Of a stretch of DNA of 26,710 nt, positions 25,225-26,710 are shown piece after piece. A program made the position numbers and the translations under genes. Every line of letters begins with the position of its first letter. The stretch's first letter is position 1. The notes under the pieces are model-generated. The model ran no database searches, had not been told where the DNA came from, and saw nothing but the letters and a program-made list of their open reading frames with translations. Origin of the DNA: a candidate division WOR-3 bacterium (GTDB lineage Bacteria > Hydrothermota > Tepidihabitantia > SM23-42 > CAYGYG01); assembly GCA_965648915.1 (NCBI GenBank), contig CBFGIV010000029.1:1-26710 (forward strand). The letters are read 5' to 3'.

Positions 25225-26442
25225 ATGAAAACCTATGAAGAGATAAACGAAAAAATAAAAAAAGGCAAGGCCGTGGTATTAAACGCTGAAGAAGTCATTG
25301 GCTATGTTCAGGAGCGGGGTTTTAAAAAATCATTGAAAGAGGTCGATGTTGTAACAACCGGGACCTTTGGTCCGATGTGCTCATCCGGGGTTTTTATAAA
25401 CCTTGGCCACAGCCGGCCCCGGATGAAGATTCAGAAAGCCTGGCTCAATAAGGTTGAAGTATACTGCGGTATTGCTGCGGTCGATTTATATTTAGGTGCG
25501 GCTGAAATCCCGGTTGATGACCCGGCTAACAGTATCTATCCTGGCGCATTTAAATACGGTGGAGGGCATATAATTGAAGAACTGGTTGCCGGCAAGGATA
25601 TTCTTCTCGAGGCAACGGGCTATGGAACTGATTGTTATCCGCGTAAACGTCTTGTGACTTATATAAATATCAAAGACCTGAACGACACCATTCTCTTTAA
25701 TCCGCGAAACTGTTATCAGAATTATAATGTAGCCGTAAACCTCAGTAATCGGACAATCTACACTTATTTAGGTATTTTGAAACCAGACTTAGGAAATGCC
25801 AATTACTGTTCCGCCGGTCAACTCTCACCCTTGCTCAATGACCCTGATTATGAAGTGATCGGAATCGGCACCAGGATATTCCTTGGTGGTGGTATCGGAT
25901 ATGTTGCCTGGCCTGGGACACAGCACGACCCATCGGTCCCCAGAAATCAAAAAAACATTCCCCGTGGTGGATCAGGAACGCTCGCCCTGATCGGTGATCT
26001 CAAACAGATGAAACCAGCCTGGCTGCGGGGCACAAGTATGGTCGGTTATGGGGTCACACTAACCGTGGGCATCGGTATTCCAATCCCGATCTTAAACGAA
26101 AAGATTCTCCATAATGTCTGCGTAACTGATGCCGATATTGAAGCTCCGGTCGTGGACTATAGTAAGGACTATCCTTATCTGACCGGTAAAGTAATCGGCT
26201 GGGTCAACTATGCCCAATTGAAGTCTGGAACAATCTATTTAAGAAGAAAAAAAGTGCCCGCCTATCCCCTCTCCTCTTACCCCAAAGCCCTCGAAATCGC
26301 CAATATTTTAAAATCCTGGATCCAATCAGGGAAATTTATACTAACTCAACCGGTAGCAAAGTTGCCGGGCAGAGAGTCAGGTATTAAATTCAAGGCATTG
26401 AAAGAAAAGCCTGGAGGAGAACAGATAAATTTGAGAAGGTAA
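25225..26442 (+). CDS. DUF39 homocysteine biosynthesis protein (L-aspartate semialdehyde sulfurtransferase family), no CBS domains
   Basis: KTYEEINEKI..G.AVV, VDVVTTGTFGPMCSSG, YGGGH.IEEL, GTDCYPR, NPRNCYQNY and SPLLNDP..IGIGTRIFLGG. SD AGGAGG precedes ATG 25225. Confidence 0.92.
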   Translation: MKTYEEINEKIKKGKAVVLNAEEVIGYVQERGFKKSLKEVDVVTTGTFGPMCSSGVFINLGHSRPRMKIQKAWLNKVEVYCGIAAVDLYLGAAEIPVDDPANSIYPGAFKYGGGHIIEELVAGKDILLEATGYGTDCYPRKRLVTYINIKDLNDTILFNPRNCYQNYNVAVNLSNRTIYTYLGILKPDLGNANYCSAGQLSPLLNDPDYEVIGIGTRIFLGGGIGYVAWPGTQHDPSVPRNQKNIPRGGSGTLALIGDLKQMKPAWLRGTSMVGYGVTLTVGIGIPIPILNEKILHNVCVTDADIEAPVVDYSKDYPYLTGKVIGWVNYAQLKSGTIYLRRKKVPAYPLSSYPKALEIANILKSWIQSGKFILTQPVAKLPGRESGIKFKALKEKPGGEQINLRR

Positions 26443-26584
26443 AGGCAATTCATCTACTACAGGGTGCGCTTTAACTCAAAAACCCATTGCGGTCTTTTGT
26501 CAAACTCTAAATGAGACATCAGATGAGTTTTTGCTGGACCTAAACATAGGGACTTTTAATTTTGACTTTGAAATAAAAAAATTG

Positions 26585-26612
26585 TTGACTTTTTTAAGAA
26601 ATTATATAAAAT
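26585..26612 (+). promoter_or_regulatory. sigma70-type promoter for a gene beyond the window
   Basis: TTGACT (26585-26590), N16, TAAAAT (26607-26612), preceded by an A-rich UP-like tract. Confidence 0.6.
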
Positions 26613-26710
26613 TTAAATTGCGAGGTGTGGATTGGTTCGAGGGTGTAGCTTCAAAACTTTTCTGAGGGAAACCTACTCTCATTTTGGTGTCGGTATATTA
26701 TTTTCTAATT

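Overview
A gene-dense bacterial chromosomal segment with no sign of mobile elements or CRISPR. The organism is probably an anaerobic diderm of the FCB/WOR-3-like group; this is an inference from TolC, a T9SS-like C-terminal domain and the DUF39 homocysteine gene. The left part holds tRNA-Thr(CGT), a DUF488-DUF72 pair, a cyclase-STAND ATPase-TPR protein and a TolC/MacA/MacB-type exporter operon. A long minus-strand block follows. It encodes an M1 aminopeptidase, a lipoprotein, LysE, a barrel-fused SppA, an orphan LeuD-like subunit, DUF1614, an HD protein, SucC-like and SucD-like subunits, citryl-CoA lyase, a solute-binding protein and DedA. The right end holds a PurF homolog lacking the catalytic Cys1 and a SAM-I riboswitch controlling a DUF39 homocysteine-biosynthesis gene. 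Highlights: (1) a separately promoted HD + acyl-CoA synthetase (with altered substrate motifs) + citryl-CoA lyase operon that looks like a split ATP-citrate-lyase-like module; (2) about ten sigma70-type promoters, almost all with a 16-bp rather than 17-bp spacer, several apparently leaderless; (3) exported proteins with unusually short, uncharged N-terminal signals.
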